Assembly: GCA_028534125.1 (NCBI GenBank)
Contig: CM052817.1
Location: 16,866,001-16,930,000, forward strand
Source of the DNA: Lama glama
Taxonomy: Eukaryota
DNA length: 64,000 nucleotides
Direction: 5' to 3'
A program made the position numbers and the translations under genes. Below, in pieces: positions 1 through 44,550 of the stretch; within the stretch, counting starts at the first letter, position 1; the number at the start of each line of letters is the position of its first letter. The notes beneath the pieces were generated by a model. That model ran no database searches. It was not told the origin of the DNA and worked only from the letters and a program-made list of their open reading frames with translations.

Positions 1-646
1 ACAAGACCCCAACTTCTCCTGCACTGGCCCCTGCCTCAGGCAATTCCATATCTGTGGGGACACTCCAAGGACTTCCCTTAGAAGGTTGTCCTAGATTTGA
101 GGCTGATTCCTATCAGGTTGCTCTCAAAACCATCTCTTCCAAGATACCAGTGGTTCAAAGCAGTTCACTGATGTTCCCACGAGCTCATCCATAAATGGTC
201 TTGCTTACCTGGGGACTGGTAATCCCTCCGGGGCTAGCCATGCCCTAGAGGGGATACTCCCCTGTGCCTGGGCACACCTGAACAGGACACATCCCCTCAG
301 TTCTTCCCGAGTCAGCTGGTGCCATGATTGGTGGCTCCCAGGGCCCTCAGGAGAGGGAGGGGACTCGGCCAGCACTGATCACTGGAACTGATGCCCAGGG
401 CAGCCCAAAGGCCTCCTCAGCCTCCCAGATCCCAGCACCCAGCCATGTTAGGTTAGGTCTGAGAAGACTTGATTGCACATCATCCTTATTGTCTATGCTA
501 TGCTCTTGGCTCCTGGTGTCTCTCTGTGGAGTCTTCATGGTCCCAGATGGTTGCTTGAACTCCAATCATCACATCTGCAGTCTGCTTTCTTCCCAGCGGC
601 CTCCCAACCAGAATGACCATTACTGAGTGTGTGGCTTATTGATGCA

Positions 647-950
647 TGTGGTGGTTTTAAACATGCCCACACATTCTATGACACTCTAGTGTAGAAAGGT
701 AGAGGTCTGTGTCCCCTCCCCCTAACTCTGGGCCAGTATTTGTGACTCATTTGTAACCAATAACATGCAATGGAAGAGAGGCAGCATGACTCAGATCAGA
801 CAGGTCATGCAACTTCCCTTTGGAACCCTAGGGACTCTGGCTCTCACAAAGTCACACCCCAGAATTACTATGCTGAAAAGGCACAGCACTGATAGAAAGA
901 CCACTGGATGGAACTCAGAGGGCCCAATGCCAGACGGGGGTCTTTCTCTC
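647..950 (+). mobile_element. MLT1 (ERVL-MaLR) LTR fragment
   Basis: tgtggtggttttaaacatgcccacacattctatgacactc...gtcccctcccc resembles the MLT1G/H 5' end (recalled). Confidence 0.6.
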
Positions 951-979
951 TAGCCTGTCGGGGGGCAGCAGGGCCCACT

Positions 980-1760
980 GTTAAAGGGTGTGGGCTCTGA
1001 GGCTGAGGGCTGGCATTCACGAGCAACTTCGTCCACTCCCTGGCTGTGTGTCCTTACACAGGCCCCTGAACAATGGGAATAACTGTCGCCTCTACCTCAT
1101 AGAATTGACATGAAAATTAAATTGGCTAGTGCATGTGACAGGTTTAGAACCATGTTTCACTCAATATTTCCTTGTTTTCTTTACTTCATAGCACTGATCA
1201 TTTCCTGGAATTTTTGTATTTCCTCATTTGTGGTTCTCTCTCCACTAGAATGTGAGTGTATAGGGCAGGCACCATGGGTACCATCCCTACTTCTGTGTCA
1301 CTGCCACCTAAAAGAGTATCTGGCACATAGTAGGGCCTTGTATCAGTTTAGATCGGGGTTGGCTGTATGTAACAAATGAATTCATTTTAACAGTAGTTTA
1401 AATAGGTAGCAGTTTATCTCCCTCTCATGAAAAATGTCTGCAGATGTGCAGCCTAGGGAAAGTTATGTGGTGCTAACATCATCAGGGGCCCAAATTCCTT
1501 CTACCTGGCTACTCCGCTAGACTTACTGTGTCTACTTCATGGTCCAAGATGATTGCTTGAGCTCCAGCCATCACATTAGAATTCTGTGTTAAGAACAAGA
1601 AAGCACAGACATGTGTATTACTTCCCTTTTAAGGAAACTTTCCAGCAGTCCCACACAATAACTCAGCTTATACCTCAATGGCCTGACCTTACTGGGAGAT
1701 TACACCTAACTCCAAGCCCAGTTGGGAAAGTTAATCCATTGGAAGGGTGCCATTATTCCC
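980..1760. mobile_element. Cluster of old repeats: MIR, L2 3' end, reversed MLT1
   Basis: MIR core (aatgggaataa...ctacctcatag), L2 tail (ccactagaatgtgag...tggcacatagtagg), MLT1 motif (atggtccaagatg...gctccagccatcacat). Confidence 0.5.
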
Positions 1761-3491
1761 AGTTAAAGACAAGGTTCTAAAAGAGACATGGAATATTGAG
1801 AAGAAACTAGCAGGGCTCAGTAAATCTCAGTCAGACAGATAAATGGTCCAAGAGCCTCCGCCTTTTCCAATCAAGTCCTAGGGGTCCTGCTGGACTGAAA
1901 GGCCAGTTGACCTGTAATTTGTGCCAGCCCTGCCTTTAGAAGGCTGTGACCGCTGCTTGATTGAGTGGGAGTCAGAAGGTAGGAGGCTGGGTCAGGAGAG
2001 AGGGATGGGCTGGGCAGAAGCAGCCAAGCTTCAGTCTGCGGTGCACTCCCCTCACTCCCAGAGCTGCCCCCAGATCACTGCCAGAGCAGCCCCTAGACAC
2101 GGAGGGGATGACTGGTCGACAGTGAGGCTGCCTGATGGGATAGTCAAGGACAGGGCTGATGGCCTTCATCTACACCTCCCTCCTTCCAGGATTTCATCTG
2201 CTTGGTTGCCAATGGTTCTCACCATTCGCCAAATGTCACCTTGCAACATTGTTGGTGCGAGTGTCAGCAGTCCCCTGGCTTGGGGCAGAGATTTCAGCTG
2301 ACGGATGAACAGGGAACTTCAGGCCCAAGAAAGCAGACACCCCACTTAGCCTCTTGGGTCCCAAGAGCCCTGCTCTCACCTCCAGACCTCTCCTCCCTGC
2401 CGCAAGGCTGTAGAATTATCCAAGAAAGCTGGTCTATAGGAATTTTCTGAAACAATGCCAAGTCACAAGCTTCTGCTTCTGCAAGGGGAGAGCAGGGAGC
2501 CGGACTGGGGTAAACCTAGGCCAAGCTGGCACATGCTGAGTGGACTTTTTCCTGGATTCAGTTCCTCCACCACTCCCTGTGCTTGTAAATGTCTTCTGCC
2601 CGCCGCCCTCCCAGCCTCCTTTGGTGAGGCTGGAGCCCCAAAGACCAATGACCTCTGGCCTGGGGCTGAATCCTCTGGGTGCCGGGAGCAAAGAGTTTCC
2701 AAAGATCTTAGTCTCTTTAGTCTTCAGGAATAAAAGGTGCATGTTTGGTAATAGACAATTCTCTCCCTGCCCCCGACCACCATCAACACCAGCACTGGTC
2801 TCTCCAGAACCCGAGCTTGGTGAGGGTGGTGGGGCACCAGTGCGGTACAGAGCAGGGAGTTCTTCACCTGCTCTGGAAGAATCCTGGCCCCATGCAAAGC
2901 AACGAGCTATTGGCACCTATTATCCTGTTCCATCTTCTCCTCCAGCCTATGAGGTAGAGACCATTGTTATTATCCCCATTTTACAGATGAAGAAACTAAG
3001 GCTGGACAGCAGAAGCTCCTTATCCTGATTTCCAGTCAGCAAGCCAAATGTGCTGCCTGTTTCCATTTTGTTTGGGTCTTTCTTGTCACTACATGTTATT
3101 ATTTTTTAAAGGCTTATCTTTGGCTTAAAAAAAAAGTGTTTCTGTTCTGTGGGCACATCTGAATTTCTCTTCAAAACACAATTTTTCATTAGGCCCAGGT
3201 GCAGAAAAGGCTGAAGTTGTTTAAGAGAGAGCAAAATCCCCTATCAGTATGTTTTGGGAGGACAAATTGTTCCCCAGAATTTAGCATTATTGAGTCATGA
3301 CTCCTCCCATCTACTGAGGGTTAACTGCATAGAAGACATGCTGAACACTTCCCAGTGACTGCACTTCATCCTCTAGTCCCTGAAGGTGTGAATTATTAGG
3401 GCTTTTCCCCTCTTGTCATTGAAGACACTGAGGCTTATCTAGGTAATCTGCCCCAAATTACACGCTTAATAAATGGCAGAACCCGCTCTAA

Positions 3492-3811
3492 AAGAGGGTC
3501 AGCACATGATGGCCCCTGAGCAAAACCCAGCCTGCCTCCTGTTTTTGTGTGGCTCATAGGCTAAGAATAATTTGTTTTGTACACTTTTAAATGGCTGAAA
3601 AAAAATCAAAGGATAGGTATAGCACAACTCATAAAAATTACATTAAATTCAAATTTCAGTGTCCATAAATAAAGTGTTAGTGGAACACAGCCATACCCAT
3701 TCATGTACATATAGTCTATGGCTTTCGAGTTGTTCCAACAGAGGCCGTGTGGCCCACAAAGCCTAAAATATTTACTGCCTGACCCTGTTCAGGAGAAGAG
3801 TCCTATCCCTG
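3492..3811 (+). mobile_element. MER58B-like hAT-Charlie MITE
   Basis: aaattcaaatttcagtgtccataaataaag...ggcccacaaagcctaaaatatttact; ends in ccctg; flanked by degraded TSD ctctaaa(a/g). Confidence 0.75.
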
Positions 3812-6800
3812 CTCTAAAGCACAAGCTCTTAACCCTTGTTCCAAAGTTTCCAAGAAAGCTCTAAGGCCGGCGTCACAGCCTGAGCACCAGGGCTGCTAGA
3901 CCCTCCAACGTCTCGGAATGAGGTCAGACAAGACATCGAAATCACCAAACCTCTCTGGGACTTAACTGCAAAATACATCATCACACCCTGCCCGGCTCCA
4001 AAGACGGACAGAAGATGAAAACAAGATAATGTATGTGGAAGCACTTTGTAAGCTGGAAAGCACTCTATACAAATGGGAAGGATTATTGCATTATTTGATT
4101 CAGAGAAAGGAGGTTGGTATGACGGAAAGAAGCCAACTGGGGGAGAGGAGTTCAGCCCTGATTTTGCATGATTCATTAATAAAACAGACCACTCCTGCGA
4201 GAAATGGAGTAAACCCCTTGCTTGTCTAGCAGTTTTCCTGGCCCTGCAGAGAAGAGTCATCCCTCAACCATTCATATTTGGGACCAGTGCCTCTGCCCGA
4301 GAGAAGGGGCTTACCTGGCCTTCCTAGGTTTGGTCTGCTTCCCAAGGAGTGGGCTCCCTCCCCGGGGAATCTCAAGGTGCTAGGAAGACTTCCCTGCCCC
4401 CACATACGCCTTGTTCTTTCTGCTCACTGATTTGGAAAAGATAGCAGAGATTCACTTCTATCTTTACTCCAAACTTGTTAAAACACTTGTTTCTAGACTA
4501 GGTTACCATTAAACCCTACTGGTCATTTCTATAGTGTGAACAAGTTAGTTGATCACTGAATCAACAAATATTGACTAAGACCATCCAACATGCCGAGGAA
4601 GGAAAATGTAGTAAGTAAATTGATCACCTCCAGGAAGGAGGCAATCCTAGGGACCGGAGGGGAGGCTAGGAGGGTGAAATTGAATCTGGTGTCACCATCA
4701 CTGTACCTAACCAACTCTTTTTTTTTAGAGTGTCTAAGAAGGTGAGAGGTGGAAAGGAAGGTACAGCAAGAGTTCCAGAGGTATGGAAGAGTTTTATACT
4801 AGGGTAGTGAGAGTGTGAGGCACATCTTGAGTGGAAAGGGATATCTGGAGCTGCTGCCTCATAATTCTGGGGTGGGGTCCACTGCTGCAATGAGCCCCTT
4901 CCCACTTACAGGAAACCTGCTGTCCTGATGGCTCTCAACACAAAAGCCAATCTGGAACCTGACAGCAGCCCTGCTCTCCCATAGCCCCGCCTGCCTGAGT
5001 GCTCCTGCTGGCACCGTGGATGCCTGATGCTCAGCCGGTCTTTTAAAAGTGAGAGACAAACAAAACTGTGTGCAGAATTGGATGTTTATTTTCACCATCT
5101 GCGTGGCAATACAAGTTCAAGTTATAATGGCATCCGCTCTCCATCAGTATTAGGAAACCATTTAAACATCCACAGCCATTTACTGATTATAAACACACAC
5201 TGGAAAAAAAGGCGGCAAGTGGCATGTGGCCCCGCACCTGCTGCTTTTGTGTGTGTCAGTCAATTTCATGCCTAGGAAGCACTGGGCTCCATGGGGATGG
5301 CTATAAAAGCAGTTTGGTTGGTTGTGGGTTTTCTTTTTTTCCTGGGGAAAAGCATAAGCCAAGTTGCCCTCCAAATACACTTACTGCAAATAGATGGGAA
5401 TAAATGGAAAATAGACAATGATCATAAATGCAAACAAAAATGCTAAATTTCCTAATGCTAAAAGGTCCATTTGCTTATAATTAGTAGATTAAAACTAAAG
5501 AGTATTTTTACTGGCTTTCAAGAAAAGTTAGCAAGGGTCACTATGCCAAAGGGTACTATCTTACACCTGCTGCCCCAACCCACCCACTCCCGCCTTGGAA
5601 GGTTTGAGTCCAGATGATGCAAATAGGGCATAAATTGGACATGGAGAGAGCAGGCATGGGAAATTGAAGGCACAAAGAGAAATTGATGCATTTTACAGGG
5701 GGAACAAAAGAAAGTTTACCCAAAAGCTGTGAAAATGTCTTCTGGATCAAGTTTTTATCCTGCAAAGGGTTTCACCACCTTCAGACCTGCCCCTGCCCTG
5801 TCATGGGCCCATTGGTGGCTTCAGCCTCAGTTCTGATCTTAATTAGCTGTGTGGCTTTGGGTAATCAGTCATCCTCAGAACCCATTTTCTTACTGGGGAA
5901 AGCTTTAAAGGAGGAGTTTCATCAAACCAATGTACTCTTTTGGTCTCATATTTCCAGGTTAATTTCTCTAAGGAGACATTTTGCTTTTGTTTTGTTCTGT
6001 TCTGTTCTGTTGGGTTTTTCTTCTCTTTTTCCTATTTCACTTTCCACTTTTATGGTGTAAATGATCCATTTATTGCCTATGAACAAATTTTTTGGAAGGA
6101 GGAGTGTAGAAAAACGCTCTTGCAGCTTTGTATCTGGTCAAAAGCTCCAAGTACTTCCTAAAAGCTCCCCTCTCCCTAATGTGGTCCATGAGACACATCA
6201 GGCATTCTTCCCACCAGAGCAGCACACTCAGCTCCTCTGATCTATCCTGAGGGGTTTGTCTGCTTCCCTTTTCCTCTGAAAACTGGTTTTGAGATGGCAC
6301 TCCACTGCTCATTAAGCTTGGCTGGCTGGAGCCCAACACAAAGGCTCAATTAGCCTTCAATACACTTATTTAGAATAAAGGTTCCCTCTATATAGCTAGA
6401 ACGATCACCCTCACTGCCTTAAAGGCCTAATCTAATTTGGGGTTCTAATTCGCAGCCTTATGTTGAAGAAGTTGGTACTGAAGTTGAATTGTTATACACT
6501 GCTATTGACTGAAGCCCATTATCTTAAGATAACCAGTGAAACTTGGAGCAGGTTAAATGGTAATTTCTCCAGCATCCTGGAAGATCTTTAGGAGTCCAGG
6601 CAGAGTATGAATGTCCTCCATAAATCCAGCATTACTAGTCCATGGGAATGTTGTTAGAAAAAACTATCTTCAGTATTATGAATCTCTTCTCTGCACTTGT
6701 CTAATTTTCTCTGGCTCCTCAAGCCATCTGTTTCTCACCTCTTCATTTTCCACTAAAATCTACCCTTAGGGGATCTTATTTGGATCACGACTCAAATATA

Positions 6801-6839
6801 AAAAGAAAGGTAATTAGAGAAATAAACAATAACAGCATA

Positions 6840-7105
6840 ATTTGATGATATTAAGATACTACTGTTAATTTTGTGGAGGGAGTGATAATAGTATTGTGAC
6901 TTAAAAAAATGAGTCCTTTACTTAGGAGATACATATTGAAATGTGAGATACACCTGACATTTACTTTAAAATAATAGGGTGGTGCAGGTGAAACAAAATT
7001 GGACTTGGTAAGCATCGAAGCTGAGTGATGAATACTGGGCCTCGTTTTATGTTCTTTCTATTGTATGTTTGAAATTTCTATAGTAAAAAGTTTTTTTTTA
7101 AAAAA
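6840..7105 (+). mobile_element. Old L1M(E) 3' end fragment
   Basis: gagatacatattgaa...gaagctgagtgatg...tgtatgtttgaaatttct, typical of old L1M 3' UTRs. Confidence 0.5.
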
Positions 7106-7109
7106 CCCA

Positions 7110-8560
7110 CTCTTTTAGTTCCATATTTCTTCCTCAAGATTGTTTTGGCTATTCAAGGTCTTTAGTGTTTCTATACAAATTTAAATTTTTTTGTTCTAGT
7201 TCTGTGAAAAATGCCACTGGGACAATCTACTCAACAAATAGACTGCCTTGGTAGTACCGGCATTTTAACAATATTGATCCTTCCAATCTGAGAACATACT
7301 GTATCTTTCCACCTATTTGTGTGGTCTTCAATTTCTTTCCTTAGCATCTTACAGTTTTCTGAGTACAGGTTTATTCCTAGGTGCTTTTTTTTTTTGATGC
7401 AGTGGTAAATGGGATTGTTGCATATCTATCTATCTATATCTATATCTATAGATAGATATGCAACAGATTTCTGTATTTTGTATCCTGCAACTTTACCAAA
7501 TTCATTGATGAGCTCTAGTAGTTTTCTGGTAGTGTCTCTAGGATTTTCTATGTATATCATGTCATCCACAGTGACAGCTTTACTTCTTTTCCAATTTGGA
7601 TTCCTTTTCATTTTCTTCTCTGATTGCTATGGCTAGGACTTCCAAAATTATGTTGAATAAAAGTGGCAAAGATTGGGCATCCTTGTCTTGTTCCTGATCT
7701 TACAGGAAATGCTTTCAGCTTTTCATGGTTGAGTATGATGCTAGCTGTGGGTTTGTCATAGATGGCATTTATTATGTTGAGGTATGTTTCCTCTGTGCCC
7801 ACTTTCTGGAGAGTTTTTATCATAAATAGTTATTGAATTTTATCAAAAGCTTTTTCTGCATCTGTGGGGATGATCATATGGTTTTTATTCTTCAATAGTT
7901 AATGTGGTGTATCACATTGATTGATCTGTGGATATCGAAAAATCCTTGCATCCCTGGGACGAACCCCACTTGATCACAGTGTATGATCCTTTAAATGTAT
8001 TTGTTTTGGTAGGTCTTTTCCCCCTTTTCTTCTTTTGTCTCTTCTCTTGTGATTTGACGACTATCTTTAATGTTATGTTTGAATTCCTTTTTCTTTTTTT
8101 GTGTGTCTATCTATTACAGATTTTCAGTTTGTGGTTATCATGAGGTTTTTGTATAGCAGTCTATATAAATATATATGATTGTTTTAAGTTGTTGATCTCC
8201 TAATTTCAAATGCATTCTCCTCTTAGTAATTTTCCCATTTCTAATTGTGGCCTCTTCTTTTCCACCTAGAGAATTTCCTTTAGCATTTGTTGTAAAGCTG
8301 GTTTGGTGGTGCTGAACTCTTTTAGCTTTTGCTTGCCTATAAAGCTTTGGATTTCTCCACCAAATCTGAACAAGAGCCTTGCTGGGGAGAGTATTCTTGG
8401 TTGTAGATTTTTCCTGTTCATCACTTTAAATATATAGTGCCATTCCCTTCTGGTCTGCAGAGTTTCTGCTGAAAAATCAGCTAATAGCCTTACAGGAGTT
8501 CCTTTGTATGTTATGTGTTGTTTTCCCCTTATTGCTTTTAATATTGTCTCTTTACATTCT
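7110..8560 (-). mobile_element. L1 fragment: end of ORF1 joined to the ORF2 RT region (internally deleted)
   Basis: Minus-strand peptides [37 protein letters not shown] and [31 protein letters not shown] are from L1 RT; 8230-8560 resembles the ORF1 3' part. Confidence 0.9.
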
Positions 8561-9269
8561 ACTAATAAATAAATAAACTAATAGTAAATGAAACATACTA
8601 CTAAGAAACTAATAAATATATTTTAAATTTAAAATTTAATTTAAATCTAGTACAAATTAGTATATATTAGCTTTCTGCATAACATCATACCAGTTATTAA
8701 CAGCAAGCGCTATGTTTTCGGCACTGAGCTAATTACTTTACACGTTATCTCATTTAACCTTCTATCCTCTAAGATTGTACCCATTTCATATATGGTAAGA
8801 CTGAGATTCAGAGAGGTTAAATAAGTGAACTCACATGGTTAATAAGTATCAGTGCAGAGATCTAATTCCAAATCAAATGAGAACTAACCGCAAAATTCAA
8901 ATAGTACAATTTAAAAATGAAATCTGCTGAAGAAGGAAGTGATACTATTTTATTTTTAGGGTGTTTCTTTTAGAAAACATTAAATACTTCTAAGCCTCCA
9001 GCTCTCCATAGTCAACAGATTCTTTGTGAAATGACTGTTGGAATGTTATCTCCTCCTTCTTTGTTTTTGGTTTATTTTTTCAAATACTCTAGCCTCCACC
9101 CCCATGACTCATGATTCTCATTATAAAATAGGACTTTTGCTGATTTTTGGCCAAGGTGATACTGATGACTGTATCAAAAAATGGGCAAGTAATTTATTAT
9201 TAGTTATCTGTACTTTCAGATTTTATCTGCAGCAATGATTAGGTAAAATAATACATGCATTGTCAATGA

Positions 9270-9318
9270 TTTATTAAAAATTTATTTCATGTAATAAATT
9301 ATGCAATTCATTTTTATT
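9270..9318 (-). terminator. Polyadenylation signal cluster (three AATAAA)
   Basis: tttatt on the plus strand at 9270, 9281 and 9313. A further single AATAAA at 11366-11371 could be a proximal site. Confidence 0.55.
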
Positions 9319-11699
9319 TTTACATAGTCTAAACCAAAAACATATTTTTGAAAACATCTTTTTCTCTTGGCAAACATATAGGTTAGCAGGCTGATATCAG
9401 CTTCAATTCTAATAGCTAAAAGCTCCAACAATTATACATTTAATCATAGCCTTTCTTCACATTTCTCTAAAAGTTCAAGTTGACACAATTTGATACAAAT
9501 AAGACCATATAAACATTTCCATATTTGCCTAATGCCTTAGATTGAACTGTAGTATATTAGGTGGACAATTATCAAGATATATTCATTAGCCTTGAACATA
9601 CACGTAGTACATACCTTAATGGCCAAAAAGCGTATGAATGTAAAACGGAAGGCACAAAAGGATGCAGTGGGTAAGTCTTATATCTGTATATCAAGAGTGG
9701 CCACAAGAGACAAATAATCCATACAATGACAGACAAGGAAAGAACTGTTTACAGGAATTTTTTTTTTTTTACTGTTAACAGCATATTCTGTTGTTTTTAT
9801 CAAATTATTCAGAGTATCAAACTTCTGAAATGATCAAACTTCTGTGTACACAAACTTCATTACAAAATAAGGTCAACTCATAAATGCAAAACATAACAAA
9901 GCCATTTAAGGGCCTGGCAGAAATTAGCAGAACTTAGTGGCAAAAGAAAGCCCAACTTTTATATGCACCAAGTGTGTATGTATTCAAAATGTCTTCCCTG
10001 AGTGTATTACCAATGGGACTCAGCAGGGTTTGTCGTTGTTGTCAATTGTTGGCTTTTTGCTCTATGAGAGAACACAAGAACTTAACTCATGATGAGCTAC
10101 TAATTCAATATTGCAGTAATATCACTGGTTTAAAAAATTATCTTTGCTTAAGTTTAATTTTACTAACACCTACCCTAGCCATACAGTCTATGATAAAAGC
10201 ACATCATGTAGCTTGGGCCTCAGTGATAGTTCTTAGTATGGTGGTTAAAGAAACAGAACCACAATACAGGTACATGCTAGGGCAAAATACTAGGAAACAC
10301 ATAATTTATATTTAAAGGTACCATTCTGTGTATCAAGTGCCTATTGGCTGAATATAACTGTATTCAATCATTCATATTCTATAACTTTAGTCAACTAACA
10401 CAAAAAGCTAAATAAAAAGATTTATAGTTGAACACAGTTCCTAAGGCTAGTATCACAGATCATTCCCTGATAGAGGGGGAATCCATCAGCAGAGATCATA
10501 AGACCCAAACTGAGAACTGGATTTAAAATACCTTACCTTGCTGTGTGTGTAAGTAACACGTTGGGTGTAGTGACCTAAAGAACGTTTCGTGTTACTCAAT
10601 TTTCTTTTCTGGGCAAACTACAACAGCCCAGTGACTTTAAAAATCAAACTCGAAAATTCTACCTTATAGCCTTAAAAAGGGCAATCAGATCACAAAGATA
10701 GAAGAGGTCATCTTAGTCACTGATTGTACAAGATATCATCCGTTGCCCCTCCACCACAGGGTGAGGATAACTAAGGTCAATTATGAGGCTTACCAATCAT
10801 CACTAGCAAGTTAAAATAACTGTATGTACATACTTTTTGATACTTATTTGTGGAAATGAGAGACAGCAAGTCAAAGGACACTGGGGTGGGCGCAAAGGAA
10901 AGGTTCTAAATATGCAGAACCTACAACATCCCTTCAAAAATTTTTGTGACCTCTACGACCTCAAGGTCGAATTTAAACCAGCAAGAATAGAGCTGAAATT
11001 CGAAAGCCTCTGAAATAAATGGCTAATAATTTTAAAAAAAACTGCAGCTAATTTTATGTACCAGGAGTGAAATGCTGTAACTTATCATTCACATGTGGGT
11101 TCATGTAATTTATCTTCAATTAGAATTATTATCTATTCAGCAGCTGAAGCCCAAGAACTGCTGATACAGTGCAGATGAGAAAACGTTTGCTAGTCTCTCA
11201 GATCTGGCCTTTCTTAAGCTAAATGATGATCACATAATATAGATCACTTTTCTGTAAAACAATTCTGGCTTACATTCATGGTAAGCTGCACTGCCAGCAT
11301 TTATGTCTGCAACGTCACTTTCACCCCCTTCACAGACTCTAGAGGTTCTGAAATAACCCTTCAGCTTTATTGGTTCTACAAGTCAGTCCCAAATTCACAC
11401 AAAAAAATTATACAGCCTTTTAATCCACGATTAAGCTCCTTTGAAAGAAGTTATCATAGCTATTTAAAAAACTCAGATACTTCAAATAGCTGAACCCCAA
11501 AGATGCAATCATTTAAAAGTAACCTTTACAATATTTATAATTAAGTAATTTATCTTAACACAGCCAACTTCCAGGATTGTCAAGCCAGTTTCTAAAATAT
11601 TCTAACTTACCCATGGGAGCTACAGTATCTGTCTGAGCTCACGGTATCAGTTTACAATGTCAAGTCAATAGAGAAAAAGACAATCCAGAAATCAAGGCA

Positions 11700-11940
11700 G
11701 CATTCTCTACTGTAATGTTTTCAAAAGTATGTTCAATGAGGTATCAATAAGGATTTAATTTAAAAACCAGGTTCCATCTTTGGATAAGGATACACTTAAA
11801 CTGGATTAGAAGAAATTCTTAGAGCCTTTAATATGCCAAAAGGCAGCTTTGCAAAGTCCCCAAATTATTTGCCCATGGAACCCTTCATATCCATGAGCAT
11901 CTCTTAGGAATGAGAGCAGAGAGGTCTTGAGAAATACAGC
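11700..11940. mobile_element. Old hAT-Charlie MITE (MER112/MER117-like) in the 3' UTR
   Basis: agagcctttaatatgc...caaattatttgcccatggaaccctt...gagcatctc resembles the recalled consensus. Confidence 0.5.
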
Positions 11941-12457
11941 TTTGATATTTTGGTGCATTCAGAAGCTTAACGAATTCCTTAGGCTATGAGACATCTGTCT
12001 ATTTCTTAAAATTAACAACAAAAATAACTGTTACAGCCAATAAGTCTGTAATTCCAGACACAAAAAGTAAGTATAAGGGCAATGCAAGGGGAATACACCT
12101 GTTCGTCTTACTCCATCATTTTCACTTCCTCAGCAAAAACATGTTCCAAATCCCCAAGTTAACACTCTTGATGATGGCTGGGCACGACACCTGAACCAAC
12201 CAACCAATATGCAAAGGCTGCTTAAGGCAAAAACAGCAGACTAACGTTTTCACTTTCCCAAAGGGAAAAATGCACGTGTGCTATATGAATAATCTATAGT
12301 TACACGTTTAGAGCTGGTAACCTTGGTTATCATGTAAGGGTCTATACATTGTGTAGTTTGATAACATTTACAGAGCTATCTTCCTTGAATTACTATTGAA
12401 TAATTGAAGTTGCTATAGAAAACTTCTCCTTATTTGACGAGTTCATTTACTTTAGAG

Positions 12458-12663
12458 CAGTGTTTCTCAACCTCAGCACTACTAATATTTGGGGCTGGAT
12501 AAATCTTTGTTTCGGGAAGCTCTCTTGTCCATTATAGGATGTTGAACAGCACCCCTGGCCTTCATGCACTAGACGTCAGTAGCGTCCCACTAGTTGACAC
12601 CATCAAAAAGATCTTCAGACGTTGCCTACATATAAGCAAATCATCCCCAATTGAGGACCATTG
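12458..12663 (+). mobile_element. MER20 DNA transposon in the 3' UTR
   Basis: cagtgtttctcaacctcagcactact...ggggctggataa...ttgaggaccattg with terminal inverted repeats. Confidence 0.85.
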
Positions 12664-13194
12664 CTATTAAGTGAAACTAAAGCTCACGCCTTGAGTCTGC
12701 TTTCCTGGAAAATGTCCATTTTACAGGCATACTGTGACTGACACACATCAACAAACATCTAGTAACTAGTAGCATTAGAGATCTTTCTGAATTCTGTGTG
12801 GTCAGAAACATAAGTAATTTGTCACTGACAGTGAATGGTTAGAAGGAAGCAGCCTACATATCTCAAAAAGAATTAGGGGTAATATGTAATTTTGTTGTAA
12901 TTACATTAGTAAGAATTAGCTAGATCATACTGCTTAATTGGCAAATATTTAACAATTAGAAAAATGCTAATTGGATATCATAACCTGCTAAGAATGATAA
13001 TGATTGAAGAAATCTAAGAACAAAAAATGTAACAACTGTCAATGGCTAGCTCAGACCAAACTCTATCCCTTGACCAATTATTCTCCATGAAATTCCCAAT
13101 TCAAACATCTCCAGTCTTGTCTTTAAGCTACTAGCTTATACTGCAGCCTCATCATTTCTCAAAATTTATCCGAAAAGAAATCCTTCATTTGTCA

Positions 13195-44550
<31,356 letters not shown>

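Larger units (their letters stand above)
9250..13194 (-). other. SEPSECS: SEPSECS 3' UTR (about 3.9 kb; end approximate)
   Basis: AT-rich, repeat-poor sequence from the stop codon to a cluster of minus-strand AATAAA hexamers; repeat-dense sequence begins below about 8.9 kb. The end point is inferred. Confidence 0.6.

Noticed and set aside
324..6339. Several 100-160 aa ORFs in the left flank
   Set aside because: No recognisable protein similarity; they overlap on both strands and partly fall in repeats, consistent with chance ORFs.
11245..11282. AUGAAUGUAAG...UUUACAGA hairpin
   Set aside because: Core is out of register, and the stem and loop are too short for a SECIS.
11833..11900. SECIS-like AUGAA-helix-AAA hairpin in the 3' UTR (minus strand)
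   Set aside because: The 3' core reads UGCA rather than NGAN, so the tandem G.A pairs cannot form. It also lies in a MER112/117-like MITE, which would explain the self-complementarity.
13100..13190. AUGA-containing hairpins immediately after the stop codon
   Set aside because: Helices are only 6-8 bp, there is no correctly placed AAR plus GA, and they are too close to the UGA for a SECIS.
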